Shown here in pieces: positions 13,991 through 26,763 of a stretch of DNA of 64,000 nucleotides (its first letter is position 1; every line of letters starts with the position of its first letter). The position numbers were made by a program, and so were the translations under genes. Source of the DNA: Eledone cirrhosa (lineage: Eukaryota). Location: the NCBI GenBank assembly GCA_964016885.1, contig OZ024756.1, positions 25,296,001 to 25,360,000 on the forward strand, given 5' to 3'. The notes beneath the pieces are model-generated. The model did not search any database and was not told where the DNA came from. It saw nothing but the letters and a program-made list of their open reading frames with translations.

Positions 13991-14048
<58 letters not shown>

Positions 14049-14165
14049 ACATACATACATACATATGACATATTTTACCTCTAAATAAATACAACAAACA
14101 TATTCATAGAAAGTCGAGTTTGTTCATTTGTTCGCTGCCATACACATATATGTATATGAGCACAA

Positions 14166-14227
<62 letters not shown>

Positions 14228-14290
14228 ATGTATGTGTGCATGTATGTGTGTATCTATGTGTATATATATATGTATGTACGTATGTATACA

Positions 14291-14367
<77 letters not shown>

Positions 14368-14474
14368 GTGTCTATATATATTATATATATGTGTGTATAT
14401 ATATTATATATATATATGTGTGTATATATATATATGTATATATATATATATGTACATATACATACACACACACA

Positions 14475-14515
<41 letters not shown>

Positions 14516-14728
14516 GTGTGTGTGTATGTATATGTATACATATATATATACATATATATATACATATATATATACACACATATATATATATAATATATAT
14601 ATGTATATATATATAATATATATATGTATATATATATATATTACATCGTATTTAGGTGTGCTGTAGACGAATTAACGGTTTCTTTGTAGACAAGCCTCCT
14701 ATTTTAACTGATCCTGTGATAGTTGTGA

Positions 14729-14877
14729 TTAAACTCCAATTTGGGTGAGCGTAGCGCCATTAGACTCAGGATTCTGCAAACAATCATCGTCAGTAGGAAG
14801 GTGCCAGAATTTCTTGTCGTCAAAAATGTCTCCGTTGTGAGGTTGGTCAAGAACTGGTACAAACTTCAAGATGGCGC
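14729..14877 (-). CDS. Rh: Rh-family ammonium transporter, coding exon 9 (last)
   Basis: Acceptor ttttcttttcgaTAG. (G)AILKFVPVLDQPHNGDIFDDKKFWHLP...TQIGV* contains the conserved FDD..FW motif. Confidence 0.9.
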
Positions 14878-14927
14878 CTATCGAAAAGAAAATACATTTG
14901 TAAATTGAAATCTCTCTCTCTCTCTCA

Positions 14928-14984
<57 letters not shown>

Positions 14985-15740
14985 CTATATATATATTTCT
15001 ATACATATTGTATAAAGTTATGCTTTAAGCGAAATCCTATTTCTTTTCTATTATAAGTTGAGCCAACTTATGCAGCTTCATATGCAAATGAGAAAACTCT
15101 ATATTCTCGGCTGTTTTCAAGTCCAGCCGTCGCAGAGCAGTGGGAGGGATCGATCTGACGATGGCCAGTCAAGCGTGAAATGCATAGACGGTTGTCCCCT
15201 TGCTTCTGCTGGACAACACCAGAGGGCGTTAGTCCCCCGGTGTTCGCATAGCTACGGCTTCCTAAAATCGAATTTCTATCGAAATACGAAATTTCTATAC
15301 AAGCATGCCTTTCTATCGAAATACGAAATTTCTATACAAGCATGCCTTTTGAAGGCCCGCACACAAACATATGAAAAGGAAAGTTCTTTCTACGGATAAT
15401 TTTCATTTTGGAAACAAGGGAGATAATTCTGGGTTCAATTACTTGTGTTTAGTGTAATTATTTAAGCGCTTGTCCTTTGACTGAAATGGGTGTCAAGGGA
15501 GGTAACTTTCGAGGTTTTTGACTTTTCAGCTATTTTCTAAACAGTTAAAACAATTAAGGTACAAATATATCAGACACAAATTACAAATAATTATATATAC
15601 CCATACAAACACATAAATATATTAAAAGGATTACATTTTTTTTGTTAACTGTTTATACTAAATAAGCTCTTTTGCAACAGGTTGAGCACTGTTTTCCTTG
15701 ATCTTATATCTACGGATTCCTACACACACACACACACATG

Positions 15741-15772
<32 letters not shown>

Positions 15773-16068
15773 GGGGGGGGGGGTGTATACCTAATTTCTG
15801 CACATGGTGGTTCCATGCGGAATACAGCCGGCAGATCGGAATCGTAGAAGCTGGTGCATCGGTCCGGATAATTACATTTTCCTACCAAAACGAAATCGTT
15901 TTCCTCACTGATTAACATATAAGTGTACTCTCTAATTGGTTGAGTTTGTATTTTAATAAAACAGACTTAATTAGATTATTGAGTGAGTGAGAAAATGGCG
16001 TAGCTGTGTTCATTCTATTCGGTAACTTTCGTTTCTTAATTATATATAGATTTATACACACACACACA

Positions 16069-16100
<32 letters not shown>

Positions 16101-17039
16101 TACATGTGGTAGCCAAGTAACAGAGAACGAAGAATAACCTCAGACAGAGACATGAACTTTACTCTCTAAATATGTATGTAAAAACTAATAATTTTTCTTC
16201 CCCATTTTATTATTATTCGTATAAAAATGCAACTTAACTGCACTTTGCACATCCGCCGTTGAAAAAGCATATAATGCTGAAACCGGTACCACTATTAAAT
16301 GCGGAAATACCCACTTTAGAAATAAATATTTTGATATTATACTGAAAAAATCCCACCAGCATTTTCTACTGAATTTTTTCCTTTATACTATTTGTTTATA
16401 TATATATATGGGGGGGGGGGGGGGAGTATTATGTGGTTCAATATTCGGAGTTAACTGAGGAAGGTACCAAAATCAACACTTTATGTTACGAGATTTTGGT
16501 TTGACTTGATTAACAAATCTGATGAGAAGATTGGAGCTGGAGTCGGATCTATAACATTAACATGGACTCTGAGCCACCCATCTGTATTTTTATATTTAAT
16601 GATTTTACTTCTATTAACATCATTTTCCATATATGGTTGCTGGAAATCATTCGGTTATTCTAAAAACTATATTAGTCTCCTGATTTTTTTCATAGCACAA
16701 ATTTGTTCTTCTCGCTCCCCATAATGATGTAATTCTCCTTGCATTTCGTCCATCTCAAGAGAACGTGATCACGTATAACCGTAATATCTTCCTGTTTTCT
16801 AAAGGTAATATTTGGTCGTAACTTTTCTTAAATATTCACTTCTATGTCTATAGATTAATTTTTCTCAGTTTCAGAAGATCCCGCTTAAGGTGAATGCAGT
16901 AATATATTACTTGACTTTTAATCTGTACTAATAATAAATATTATGTGTACATGTGTGTGTTTTTAATATTGTGTGTGTGTGTGTGTGTGTGTGCGTGTGC
17001 GTGCGTGCGTGCGTGCGTGCGTGCGTGTGCGTGCGTTCG

Positions 17040-17111
<72 letters not shown>

Positions 17112-17256
17112 TGTGTGTGTGTAACTGATTAGTTCGTTTCGGCCATCACATCACGACCAAGACGATGTTTAAAAGTACCTTGTTCTTAATTAGTATGATA
17201 CCCAACATATTAGAATTGAATAGGCGTTTGGTCAATTTGTTGGTACGAATTCTTAC

Positions 17257-17435
17257 CTGTAAGGGATCCACCGACCACAGCTATAGCAAGGGTGATTACA
17301 AGGGCCAGCATCTGATAGCCACCCTGTTCAATGGCACTTCTTCCGGGGCCTGGTACCACATCCAACTCATTGGAAATTCGGATAAAATCTGTGGTGCTGT
17401 TTGTTGGCACACGATATGGAAAATGTTCATACAGG
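17257..17435 (-). CDS. Rh: Rh ammonium transporter, coding exon 8
   Basis: CAG/GTAAG boundaries, 179 nt. (S)LYEHFPYRVPTNSTT..GRSAIEQGGYQMLALVITLAIAVVGGSLT(G). Confidence 0.92.
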
Positions 17436-17823
17436 CTGAGAAAAGACAAGAACGAAGGTCACGTGTGTGCGTATGTGTATGTGCGCGCGCATACTGGGAC
17501 AAAACAAAACAGGTTGAGACAAGTTATGCCTTTAGGCAAATTACACAATTACACAAGGGCTTAGCCAAAGGAGAAAAAATATAGAAAGGATAGAAATAGT
17601 AAAACAGAAGAGAATAATAAGGACTGTTGTCCAACGTGCCGACAAAGAAGGACACTGAGGTGTAGAAAAGGTAAGAAGGGAGAATAGAGGAAAACAGCCG
17701 CATAGGACAAAGTCAATGGAAAAAAACAACATATATATATATACTGCCAATTCAACTTTTCAAATACAAGTCGATGTTGTACGGTATGTCAAATCTATTT
17801 ATCTATAAAACTGTTTATATTGT

Positions 17824-17887
17824 ATTTTGTCTGAGGAAGGCATAGCATATTGTTAATATGATATCCCTGAAATATATATAATGAAAT
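17824..17887 (+). ncRNA. Type I minimal hammerhead ribozyme motif
   Basis: Stem I ATTTTGT/ATGAAAT (two G-U pairs); CTGAGGA; stem II AGG..CATAT/ATATG..CCT; GAAA; T-ATAT-A; UA; then AATAAA and (TA)n. Confidence 0.7.
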
Positions 17888-17929
17888 AAATATGGTTTTA
17901 TAAATATAGTTTCCATTTATTTAATATCG

Positions 17930-17957
<28 letters not shown>

Positions 17958-17960
<3 letters not shown>

Positions 17961-18143
17961 AAGGCGGGTAAAATTCCCGAGATCCATGGACGAGTTCTCT
18001 CCAGCGGTCCCCGTCCCTCACCATCGCTGCCATATCCTGCATCTCCAACAGACCAGTGTCTGTCCCCGGGGCATCAACATATGTTAACCTTGGTCTTCCT
18101 CTTCTAGTGTGTCCATGTAGGGGCTCCCAAAGGAGCACTGAGT
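17958..18143 (-). mobile_element. 3' fragment of an RTE-group LINE (same family as 62868-63240, 11600-11675, 58482-58572)
   Basis: Near-identical to 62868-63052. The 3' end CCCGCCTTAGA abuts (TA)n. Confidence 0.75.
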
Positions 18144-18306
18144 TTCATAAAAATGGCAGTTGCATCGTTGCCTCGTCAATTTTTATGTCAATCAAGAAAT
18201 TTTAACTTGCGTATTTTTATTTCATAGAACCAGAGCTGGTTTGTGCTGTGTTGGTATCAAAAATGTTAAACAAAAGTAAAATATAGACGAGCATATATCA
18301 CCTTAC

Positions 18307-18440
18307 CTTAGTCCATAGGCGTCTTCTGTTGCAATTGCTGCAGCCACAGCACCAGCAATACCAGCAATAAGTGCAGGCATTCCATGGAGATTGTTCACAC
18401 CACAAGTATCATGAGTTTTTAATTTAGAATTTAAGAACGG
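18307..18440 (-). CDS. Rh: Rh ammonium transporter, coding exon 7
   Basis: 134 nt, [35 protein letters not shown] carries the second pore His. Confidence 0.95.
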
Positions 18441-18927
18441 CTGCAAAATAAACAATAGAAACAGATCAATGTCAGATAAGGTGAAACAGGAAAGAAAGAG
18501 GCAAAGAAAGAAATAAAGAAGGAAAAAATGTGGACGGGCCCAGTGATTCATTTGAGAGAATCGGCGAATGAAGGGCACTATACTGTGAGATCACGTAGTG
18601 TTGTTACTAATGTATACATAATATAAAAGATAGATGTTTGTTGGCTGGCTGGTTGGTTGGTTGGTTGGTTCCTTCGCGAATCACATAGAAACGAAAACAG
18701 AGAATCGAAAAGATAATACAGCAATGGAATAAGGATATATCCAGGAAGTTTATTGATACACCTTTTTTTTTTATTTAATCACAGAAGAAAAACATTGCGG
18801 GTATGCTAACCAATCCGACTGCTATTTCTAGCAGGCTGGGAGACAGCCATGAGGAATTCTCTTTGCGCGTCTGTTGTCAGCGATGCTCGTGTTTCGCGGC
18901 CAGCGTTTCCGTGAAATCGAGCGCTGG

Positions 18928-18966
<39 letters not shown>

Positions 18967-18981
18967 ATATATAATTAACTA

Positions 18982-19867
18982 TCTAAACTATAATAAAGTA
19001 AGGAGCGCGGGACTGCATATGGTTTATAATTTTTTATCCCGTTTGTAAAATAAGTTGGATTACTTTGAATAAATAATTGTTTCTACTTTAGGCACAAAGC
19101 CAGCAAATTACCCAGTGCATTACTGGTACTTTATTTTATCGACCCCGTAAGGATGAAAGGCAAAGTGAACCTCGGCGGGATTTGAACTCAGATCGTAAAG
19201 GGACGTAACTATGCTGGAAAGCATGGCGTCCGACCCTCTACCGATACTGCCAATCACCCGCCCTTTTAATAAATAATTGTTTCTACTTTTGGCACAAGGC
19301 CATCAATTATCCAGTACATTACTGGTACTTTATTTTATCGACCCCGTAAGGATGAAAGGCAAAGTTAACCTCGGCGGGATTTGAACTCAGACTGTAAAGG
19401 GAGGACGTAACTATGCTGGAAAGCATGGCGTCCGACTCTCTACCGATACTGCCAATCCACACCCGTAAATAAATAATGAATGAATATTACATAATATATC
19501 TACTAAATTTCGTTATTCTTGATTAAATATAAATAATTTTGTTCCTTATTTTAAGATTCACTTCTTTAAAATTTTCAAATGTCAACACTTCCGGTTAGCG
19601 ATCGCCTAAATAAACATACATATATTTCCGTCACTAATTTTCTCCTGATGCAGTTTATATATAATATCGTCTTTTTTTAATGTATCATGGATTACGTTAC
19701 TGATTACATAAGACAGTGTAACACAGTCTTCGTTCAATTTGTGTATATTGTCAATTACGATTTTATTTGATGTATCATATCTCCATGCATATATACTTGC
19801 ATATAATATCAATATACACACTACACATGCTAGCAGAACCCCACCCGAAGGGTGGTTTTTCTGCTAG
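18982..19867 (+). mobile_element. Non-autonomous Helitron carrying two nested SINEs
   Basis: 5' A|TCTAAACTATAATAA; 3' hairpin CCACCCGAAGGGTGG then CTAG|T. Homologous to 43777-44265 (-), 29383-30160 and ~63765-64000. SINEs at ~19078-19461. Confidence 0.75.
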
Positions 19868-19959
19868 TATATATATATATAATATAAAAGATTGGAACTC
19901 GCATCATTTTGAGAAAACTGGACCCGCCATGTCTATGCATGACATATACTTTACAATCA

Positions 19960-20215
19960 GGAGGATCATGAACCATCTCCTAAAAGTCATTATTCTTGGA
20001 GGCAATCATCAAGGAGAAAATGCATTTATCCCCAAGATCCCTCACATCTCTTTCTCTACGGAGCTGCCGTTCAAACTCTTAAGACTTCAGTTCCCTGTTA
20101 GAACCAGCTTTGCTATGACCATAAATAAAGCTCAGGGTCTGAATCTCAAAGTTGTAGGATTGAATATGGGAGGATCGCTTTTACACATGGACTGATATAT
20201 GGAGGTTGTTTGCGT
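19960..20215 (+). mobile_element. Helitron RepHel (PIF1-like helicase) C-terminal fragment
   Basis: GENAFIPKIPHIS..ELPFKLLRLQFPVRTSFAMTINKAQG is the helicase motif V region. Truncated. Confidence 0.8.
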
Positions 20216-20314
20216 AGAAAACGTCATGCAGTATGCACTAAAGGTAAAACGAAGATTCTGGTGAATCTGGAAGATTTTTTACTGCTTTCTTTTGTTTCAC
20301 ACATACACACACAC

Positions 20315-20364
<50 letters not shown>

Positions 20365-20452
20365 TATTCTGAGAGAAAATCCCTTTAGTATTTTCTACTG
20401 TTTTTTTTTCCCCTTTTTTATATATATCAACTCGTGTGTCACTTCTCTACAT

Positions 20453-20531
<79 letters not shown>

Positions 20532-20687
20532 TATATATATATTTCCCTGTTTATTGATGGCACACACTCTCTCCCTCTAGTGTGTTATCCTTTCTACAGA
20601 TTGTATTTTAAAGAGCCGGGATTCCTTTTCTTTTGAGCACATAATTTACAGGGATTGATGCAAGTCTATGACTCCGTTAATATTTTG

Positions 20688-20787
<100 letters not shown>

Positions 20788-20954
20788 GCACACACACACA
20801 CACCACGGCCTCGCCTCATACTGTAAAACAGACAACGCATCCAATACAGTCATTTTCTCTTCCACCGGTCTTCTCTTATCATCTGTTTATTCGGAAGAAG
20901 CTGGATACATCAGCTAGTGTATATATAATTGTAAAACATTCATAGCCAACTTAC

Positions 20955-21092
20955 GGTTATATATTTGTAGCCAAGAGTAGAGACGATACCGGCAACTGAA
21001 CCTATAATTATAGCACCATAAGGTTGGATCATCAGATCGGCCGAGGTACCGACGGCCACACCACCAGCTAAGGTAGCGTTCTGGACATGAAC
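20955..21092 (-). CDS. Rh: Rh ammonium transporter, coding exon 6
   Basis: 138 nt, ttt[54 protein letters not shown]. Confidence 0.95.
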
Positions 21093-21189
21093 CTGAAATA
21101 TATATAATATAATCATAAGTCAAAGTCGGATTATATAATACAGTAACACACACACATCTATTTATGTTTCTATTATACATACATACGTG

Positions 21190-21507
21190 ATGATGATGGC
21201 TGCCCCCCTCTTTATCGAGTATGGCCATTGCACGATATACCATTATGAATAATTATTAATTAATTCTATCGTGCAATGCCTGTGCGTAAAGATATTTTTT
21301 AAAGTGAGGAAAGACTGTGCACCGAGCCAGTCCCACTCTCTGAGCGACAGTAGCTATAACCTGAAAAGAAGAAAGGATCAACATCATCGGTAACTACTGA
21401 GCCGCAGGATTTATATCGGAGTTATCCCAGTTTCCTGAGTTGCCTTCTCCTAGAAGAATGCCCTGACAAAGGCTAGGGGTCCTTCACTCCCAGTGGATTA
21501 ACCGCGC
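21190..21507 (-). mobile_element. Uninterrupted copy of the 3185-3950 repeat
   Basis: Reverse complement match, lacking the two SINEs. Confidence 0.7.
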
Positions 21508-21579
21508 GGTACATGTCTATATACATATTTACACATATTGTGTGTGTGTACATACATACATACATAATACATACATACA

Positions 21580-21611
<32 letters not shown>

Positions 21612-21749
21612 GATATTCATGTACAGGGGCGTGGAACTGGGAGGAACAGGAGGGGGAGGGCACATGGCAACCCTAATAATTATATTTTTCTCACCGAACT
21701 TCCAAAACACACATCTATTTGTATATGTGCTACAATTTATGTTCATGTA

Positions 21750-22460
21750 GATATAAAGAGGGGGAGAGTTTGCTATTAATAGATATAGAGAGGTTTATGG
21801 AAGAGAGTTCCGTGTAGTAGATATAGAGTGGGCGAGAGTTTGGTGTTAATTGGTATAGAGAGGGGGATAGTTTGGCGGTAATTGATATAGGGAAGGGGAT
21901 TGGAAGAGAGTTCCGTGTAGTAGATATAGAGAGGAGGAGAGTTTGGTGTTAATTGATATAGAGAGGGGGATTGGAAGAGAGTTCCGTGTAGTAGATATAG
22001 AGAGGAGGAGAGTTTGGTGTTAATTGATATAGAGAGGGGGATTGGAAGAGAGTTCCGTGTAGTAGATATAGAGAGGAGGAGAGTTTGGTGTTAATTGATA
22101 TAGAGAGAGGGATTGGAAGAGAGTTCCGTGTAGTAGATATAGAGAGGAGGAGAGTTTGGTGTTAATTGATATAGAGAATGGTATTGGAAGAGAGTTCCGT
22201 GTAGTAGATATAGAAAGAGGGAGAGTTTGGTATTAATTCATAGAGAGAGGGAGACTGTGAGAGGGTGTTGTATGGTTGATGAAGAGAGGGGGAGTTTGGT
22301 GGTAATGAATAGAGTGAGAGGATTGATAGAAATAGCGAGGGGTCGAGTTTGGTAGTGATGGATAGAGCGAGAGGAAATGAGAGAGAGCGTTGTATGGTAG
22401 ATATAGAGAAGGGGACAGTTTGGGGATAATTGATATAGAGAGGAGGATTGGAAGAAAGTT
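21750..22460. repeat. Purine-rich minisatellite (~71 bp dimeric unit)
   Basis: Unit ttggaagagagttccgtgtagtagatatagagaggaggagagtttggtgttaattgatatagagaggggga, 4-5 near-perfect copies plus degenerate edges. Confidence 0.85.
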
Positions 22461-22793
22461 CCAACAATTATATTTTTCTCCCCAAACTACCAAAACGCAC
22501 ATCTATTTGGATATGCGCTACAATTTATGTACGTGTTATGTTTATAGGATATCGAAGTTTTCTGACCATTTTAGAGTGCAAAGAGCTAAACTACAACCAA
22601 ATTGACTTCCCCCTCCTCCTCCTACTCCCCCCCCCCCCCCCAATTCAGAAATGCTTCTACCACCCCTGATGTATATATACGTACATATAGGTATATTTGT
22701 ATACATACACGCTACTAACATGCAAATATTCCGACGAATCACGGTCTGCGTGATACCAGTTCTTACTAACCGATTTAAAAAAAAAAAACTAAA

Positions 22794-22796
<3 letters not shown>

Positions 22797-22828
<32 letters not shown>

Positions 22829-23096
22829 TGTATGTATGTATGTATGTATGTATGTATGTATGTATGTATGTATGTATGTATGTATGTATGTATGTATGTA
22901 TGTATGTATGTATGTATGTATGTATGTATGTATGTATGTATGTATGTATGTATGTATGTATGTATGTATGTATGTATGTATGTATGTATGTATGTATGTA
23001 TGTATGTATGTATGTATGTATGTATGTATGTATGTATGTATGTATGTATGTATGTATGTATGTATGTATGTATGTATGTATGTATGTATGTATGTA

Positions 23097-23162
<66 letters not shown>

Positions 23163-23315
23163 TGTGTGTGTGTGCGTGCGTGTGTGCGTGCGTGTGTACG
23201 TGTGTGTGCGTGCGTGTGTGCGTGCGTGCGTGCGTGCGTGTGTGTGTGTGTGTGTATGTATGTGTGCGTGTGTGTGTGTGTGTGCGTGTGTGTGTGTGTG
23301 TGTATGTGTGTGTGT
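22797..23315. repeat. (ATGT)n + (GT)n/(GTGC)n microsatellite
   Basis: Seen directly. Confidence 0.95.
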
Positions 23316-23645
23316 GAGGAATTATGAAAAATATCAACAAGAAAAAAATAATAAAATGATGGTATATATTAGTTTAAAAAATGTTTCGGGCGTTAGTCCT
23401 TCGTCGGAAGATAAAACAAGAATAAAAAGAAAAAATATGAAGATAGACGAGATTAAGAAAAGAAAGAAAACGAGTATATGTTTTTTCAGGAAAACATTTG
23501 TAGTGACTCATCAATTTTGGGACACGATACGGGGGACGGATAACTCTTTACTTTCAATAAACATCATCACTACCATAATCAATAACAAAAACAACAACAT
23601 AATTATCATAGAACCAATAAATTGTTACATGAAATCTCTGCTTAC

Positions 23646-23809
23646 CATGTCCATTCTGCCTTTTCCGTCCACTAAAGATGACACGGCAAAGCTGACCACA
23701 CAGCAGGCGGCAAGGGCGTAGTACGTGTTGATCAAAGCTCTCTCACGATCATCAGCTAATGCCAGGGCGCTGTTGAAGCTAGGCCAGAATAACCACAGAA
23801 AGATAGAAC
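23646..23809 (-). CDS. Rh: Rh ammonium transporter, coding exon 5
   Basis: 164 nt. (G)SIFLWLFWPSFNSALA..RALINTYYALAACCVVSFAVSSLVDGKGRMDM. Confidence 0.95.
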
Positions 23810-24124
23810 CTGCAAACATGGAATGGGGTTCCATATAGCAAAAAAACAAACTGGAGCCAGAGTAGAGAGAAAGGGGGATAAATGCAGTAAGAAAAAAGAT
23901 CACCACTACCAATGGACTTTTAGCAGTTATTAGTTATAGATGTTATCGCCACTTTAGCAGGGTGGTAGAATCAGTGGTCGTTAGTTGCCAGTGTGGTAAG
24001 TGATAGTATCCTCGTTGGATTATCTTGTTGACATAGACGTGAGGGAAGGTCCCTCGATCTATTTACCATCTAGTCATAATATTCCTTTCGTCAGGTCGCC
24101 AATTCCAGCAGCATGGATTAAAGA

Positions 24125-24505
24125 TGTCATGGAGACACGAGTAACATAATAACGACTTCAACCGCAGTAATTAGAGATGAAATGTTTGTTTATTTATATG
24201 GTTGAAGTTACAGATACAAAGAGGTTACAAAAATGGAATGTGCCATTGCGCCGTTAAGCCGGCGAGGCTAGTGGTGCAATATCTCACTGTTACATTATGC
24301 GTGTTGCTGGCTCGAAGTTTCTGGTACAAGCTAGAGATTCTTCAAATCTTCGCGGGGAATTTCTTCCTCAGGGCGCGTAGGGATACATCCTCTTCTACTG
24401 GCGCTGATTGGCTGAACTGAGCCAAATCACGCACAGAGAATGTATGTGAGCCCGCGGAATGTAGGTCACTACAGACTCATTAACTGCTTAATGAACACAA
24501 CCACA
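24125..24505 (-). mobile_element. Possible solo LTR
   Basis: The minus strand runs TGTGG...CCAAT...AATAAA...TGACA and is GC-richer than its flanks. No target-site duplication found. Confidence 0.3.
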
Positions 24506-25027
24506 TGGATATGGTCCGAACGTGGTAGAGCCAAAAGCCACTGTCATCGTCTCCATCTCTCTCACCCTCTCCATCTCTCTGTATGGTGAGAAAATGGGGT
24601 CCCGCGTGCTGGCCTCCCCACAGCCCCGGCGGACAGAATGGAGTAAGAGTTTCCCCGGAGTATGATAAGGCTAGCTCAGCGCCTATGGTGGTGAGTAGGG
24701 AGTAAAAAGATTATATAAAGATTTAAACGTCGGGATTTGAATTCAGGGAACACAGATAACCAGAACGAATATCGCAATATTTATATATATATATATATAA
24801 TAAACAAATACAATATAATTACCTCATTACCAGAGGTTTCCCGAATAAGACGAATACAAGAAACGTTCTCATTCGTTCATCAGACAATGCAATTTAAAAC
24901 ATAGTGAAATATTTGAAAAATCTCCTCAAGAAAGGCAAAAGTTTAACGGGCAAAAAAATTTAGCCCTGTAACTTACATAGAGCACTCTTCACTCCTATGA
25001 CTTTTTCAATTTTCAACGGAAACTTCA

Positions 25028-25065
<38 letters not shown>

Positions 25066-25225
25066 TATTTATATACATATATACGTGTGTGTGTGTGTGT
25101 GTGTGTACGGACGGGTTTGAATTCGGAGAATGCGTCAAAGAATAATGAAGGATGGCGAATCAAGAGATAGATGCCTGAGGGAGGGACAGAGAGAAAAGAA
25201 GAAAAAAGAAAGAAAAATACATTAC

Positions 25226-25370
25226 CAATCATGGCGAAGATATCAGAATGGTAGACAGCACCTTCCTTCTTCGATTCCTCAACCTCTGGATTGTACAAAA
25301 CACGACTAACAGCCAAACCAAAATAGGCACCAAATGCATGAACAAACATTGAGCCACCAACATCAACTGT
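25226..25370 (-). CDS. Rh: Rh ammonium transporter, coding exon 4
   Basis: 145 nt. [31 protein letters not shown](G) carries the conserved Asp and the first pore His. Confidence 0.95.
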
Positions 25371-25394
25371 CTGTGAATTGAAATATAAATATAC

Positions 25395-25495
<101 letters not shown>

Positions 25496-25582
25496 ATACA
25501 TATATATACATAATGCATGTATATGTGTGTGTGTATATATATATATACATATATATATATATAATGTATATATATGTACGTA

Positions 25583-25626
<44 letters not shown>

Positions 25627-25643
25627 ATGTATATATATGTACG

Positions 25644-25685
<42 letters not shown>

Positions 25686-25721
25686 ATGTATATATATGTA
25701 CGTATATATATATATATATAT

Positions 25722-25781
<60 letters not shown>

Positions 25782-25828
25782 ATAAAAGATACTTGATCAC
25801 AAAAATATCTATTTTGTTAATATTTTGA

Positions 25829-25883
<55 letters not shown>

Positions 25884-25889
<6 letters not shown>

Positions 25890-26715
25890 TATTGAAATTT
25901 CAGTTGGAAACAGAAAAGGTCATAGAAATGAAGAGTGCTCTATGTAAGTATCAGAGCAAAATTTAATGTTAATGTAATGTAATGTAATGTAATGTAATGT
26001 AATGTAATGTATTTAAAACATTAAATTTTGCTCTGATACTTACATAGAGCACTCTTCATTTCTATGACCTTTTCTGTTTCCAACTGAAATTTCAATACTT
26101 ATACAGCTCCCAAGGGAATGATCGTAGCATATTCTACATCGTTATGAGATTGGCACCTTCCAGCCCTTTCTAAGTCGAGCACTCTTCAGTCATAGGATTT
26201 TAAACCAATACCGAATATGGACAAATACCCTTTGGACTACTCTGTAAAGAATATCCCAACACCTAACACTCTCTACACGAAAATACTGATAGACAAAGTA
26301 GAGAAGGTTGTTAAAAGAATGAGATGGAAAGCTTTGATTCTCGATGGTCAATTTAACACGGATTCTACGGAATATTTTGACATCAAAACTCACAAATACC
26401 CGCAAAGAGTAAAAGATATGACCGCCTTTGAATTAGATCTAGTTAACCTTATCAACAACATCAATTTTCGTAAGTACTCTAACCCCTTTCAATCCAAATT
26501 ATCTAATGATATTTCTACTTTCAAATCTTCTAATAATAAGTTCATCTTCTCAGATAAAACTAAAAACCTATATGAAGTTAATAATAATTTACACGACCAA
26601 CTATTAATAGATAATATCACCTCTAAATACCAAATAGCTAATATAAATACGTACCATAATATAAATAAGGAAGCTAAAGAATTAGCTTTTTCTTTAAAAA
26701 TAGATAATAGAAAAC

Positions 26716-26718
<3 letters not shown>
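25884..26718 (+). mobile_element. Penelope-like element (Hydra-clade-like) 5' fragment with inverted pLTR piece
   Basis: Inverted arms 25884-25970/26017-26103 surround (AATGT)n. ORF 26217-26718 reads YSVKNIPTP..KVVKRMRWKA..FQSKL..IFSDKTKNLY, a PLE RT N-terminal region with DKT in place of DKG. Flanked by (TA)n. Confidence 0.75.

Positions 26719-26763
<45 letters not shown>

Noticed and set aside
17165-17584. 139-aa plus-strand ORF
   Set aside because: Antisense shadow of Rh exon 8. No independent coding evidence.
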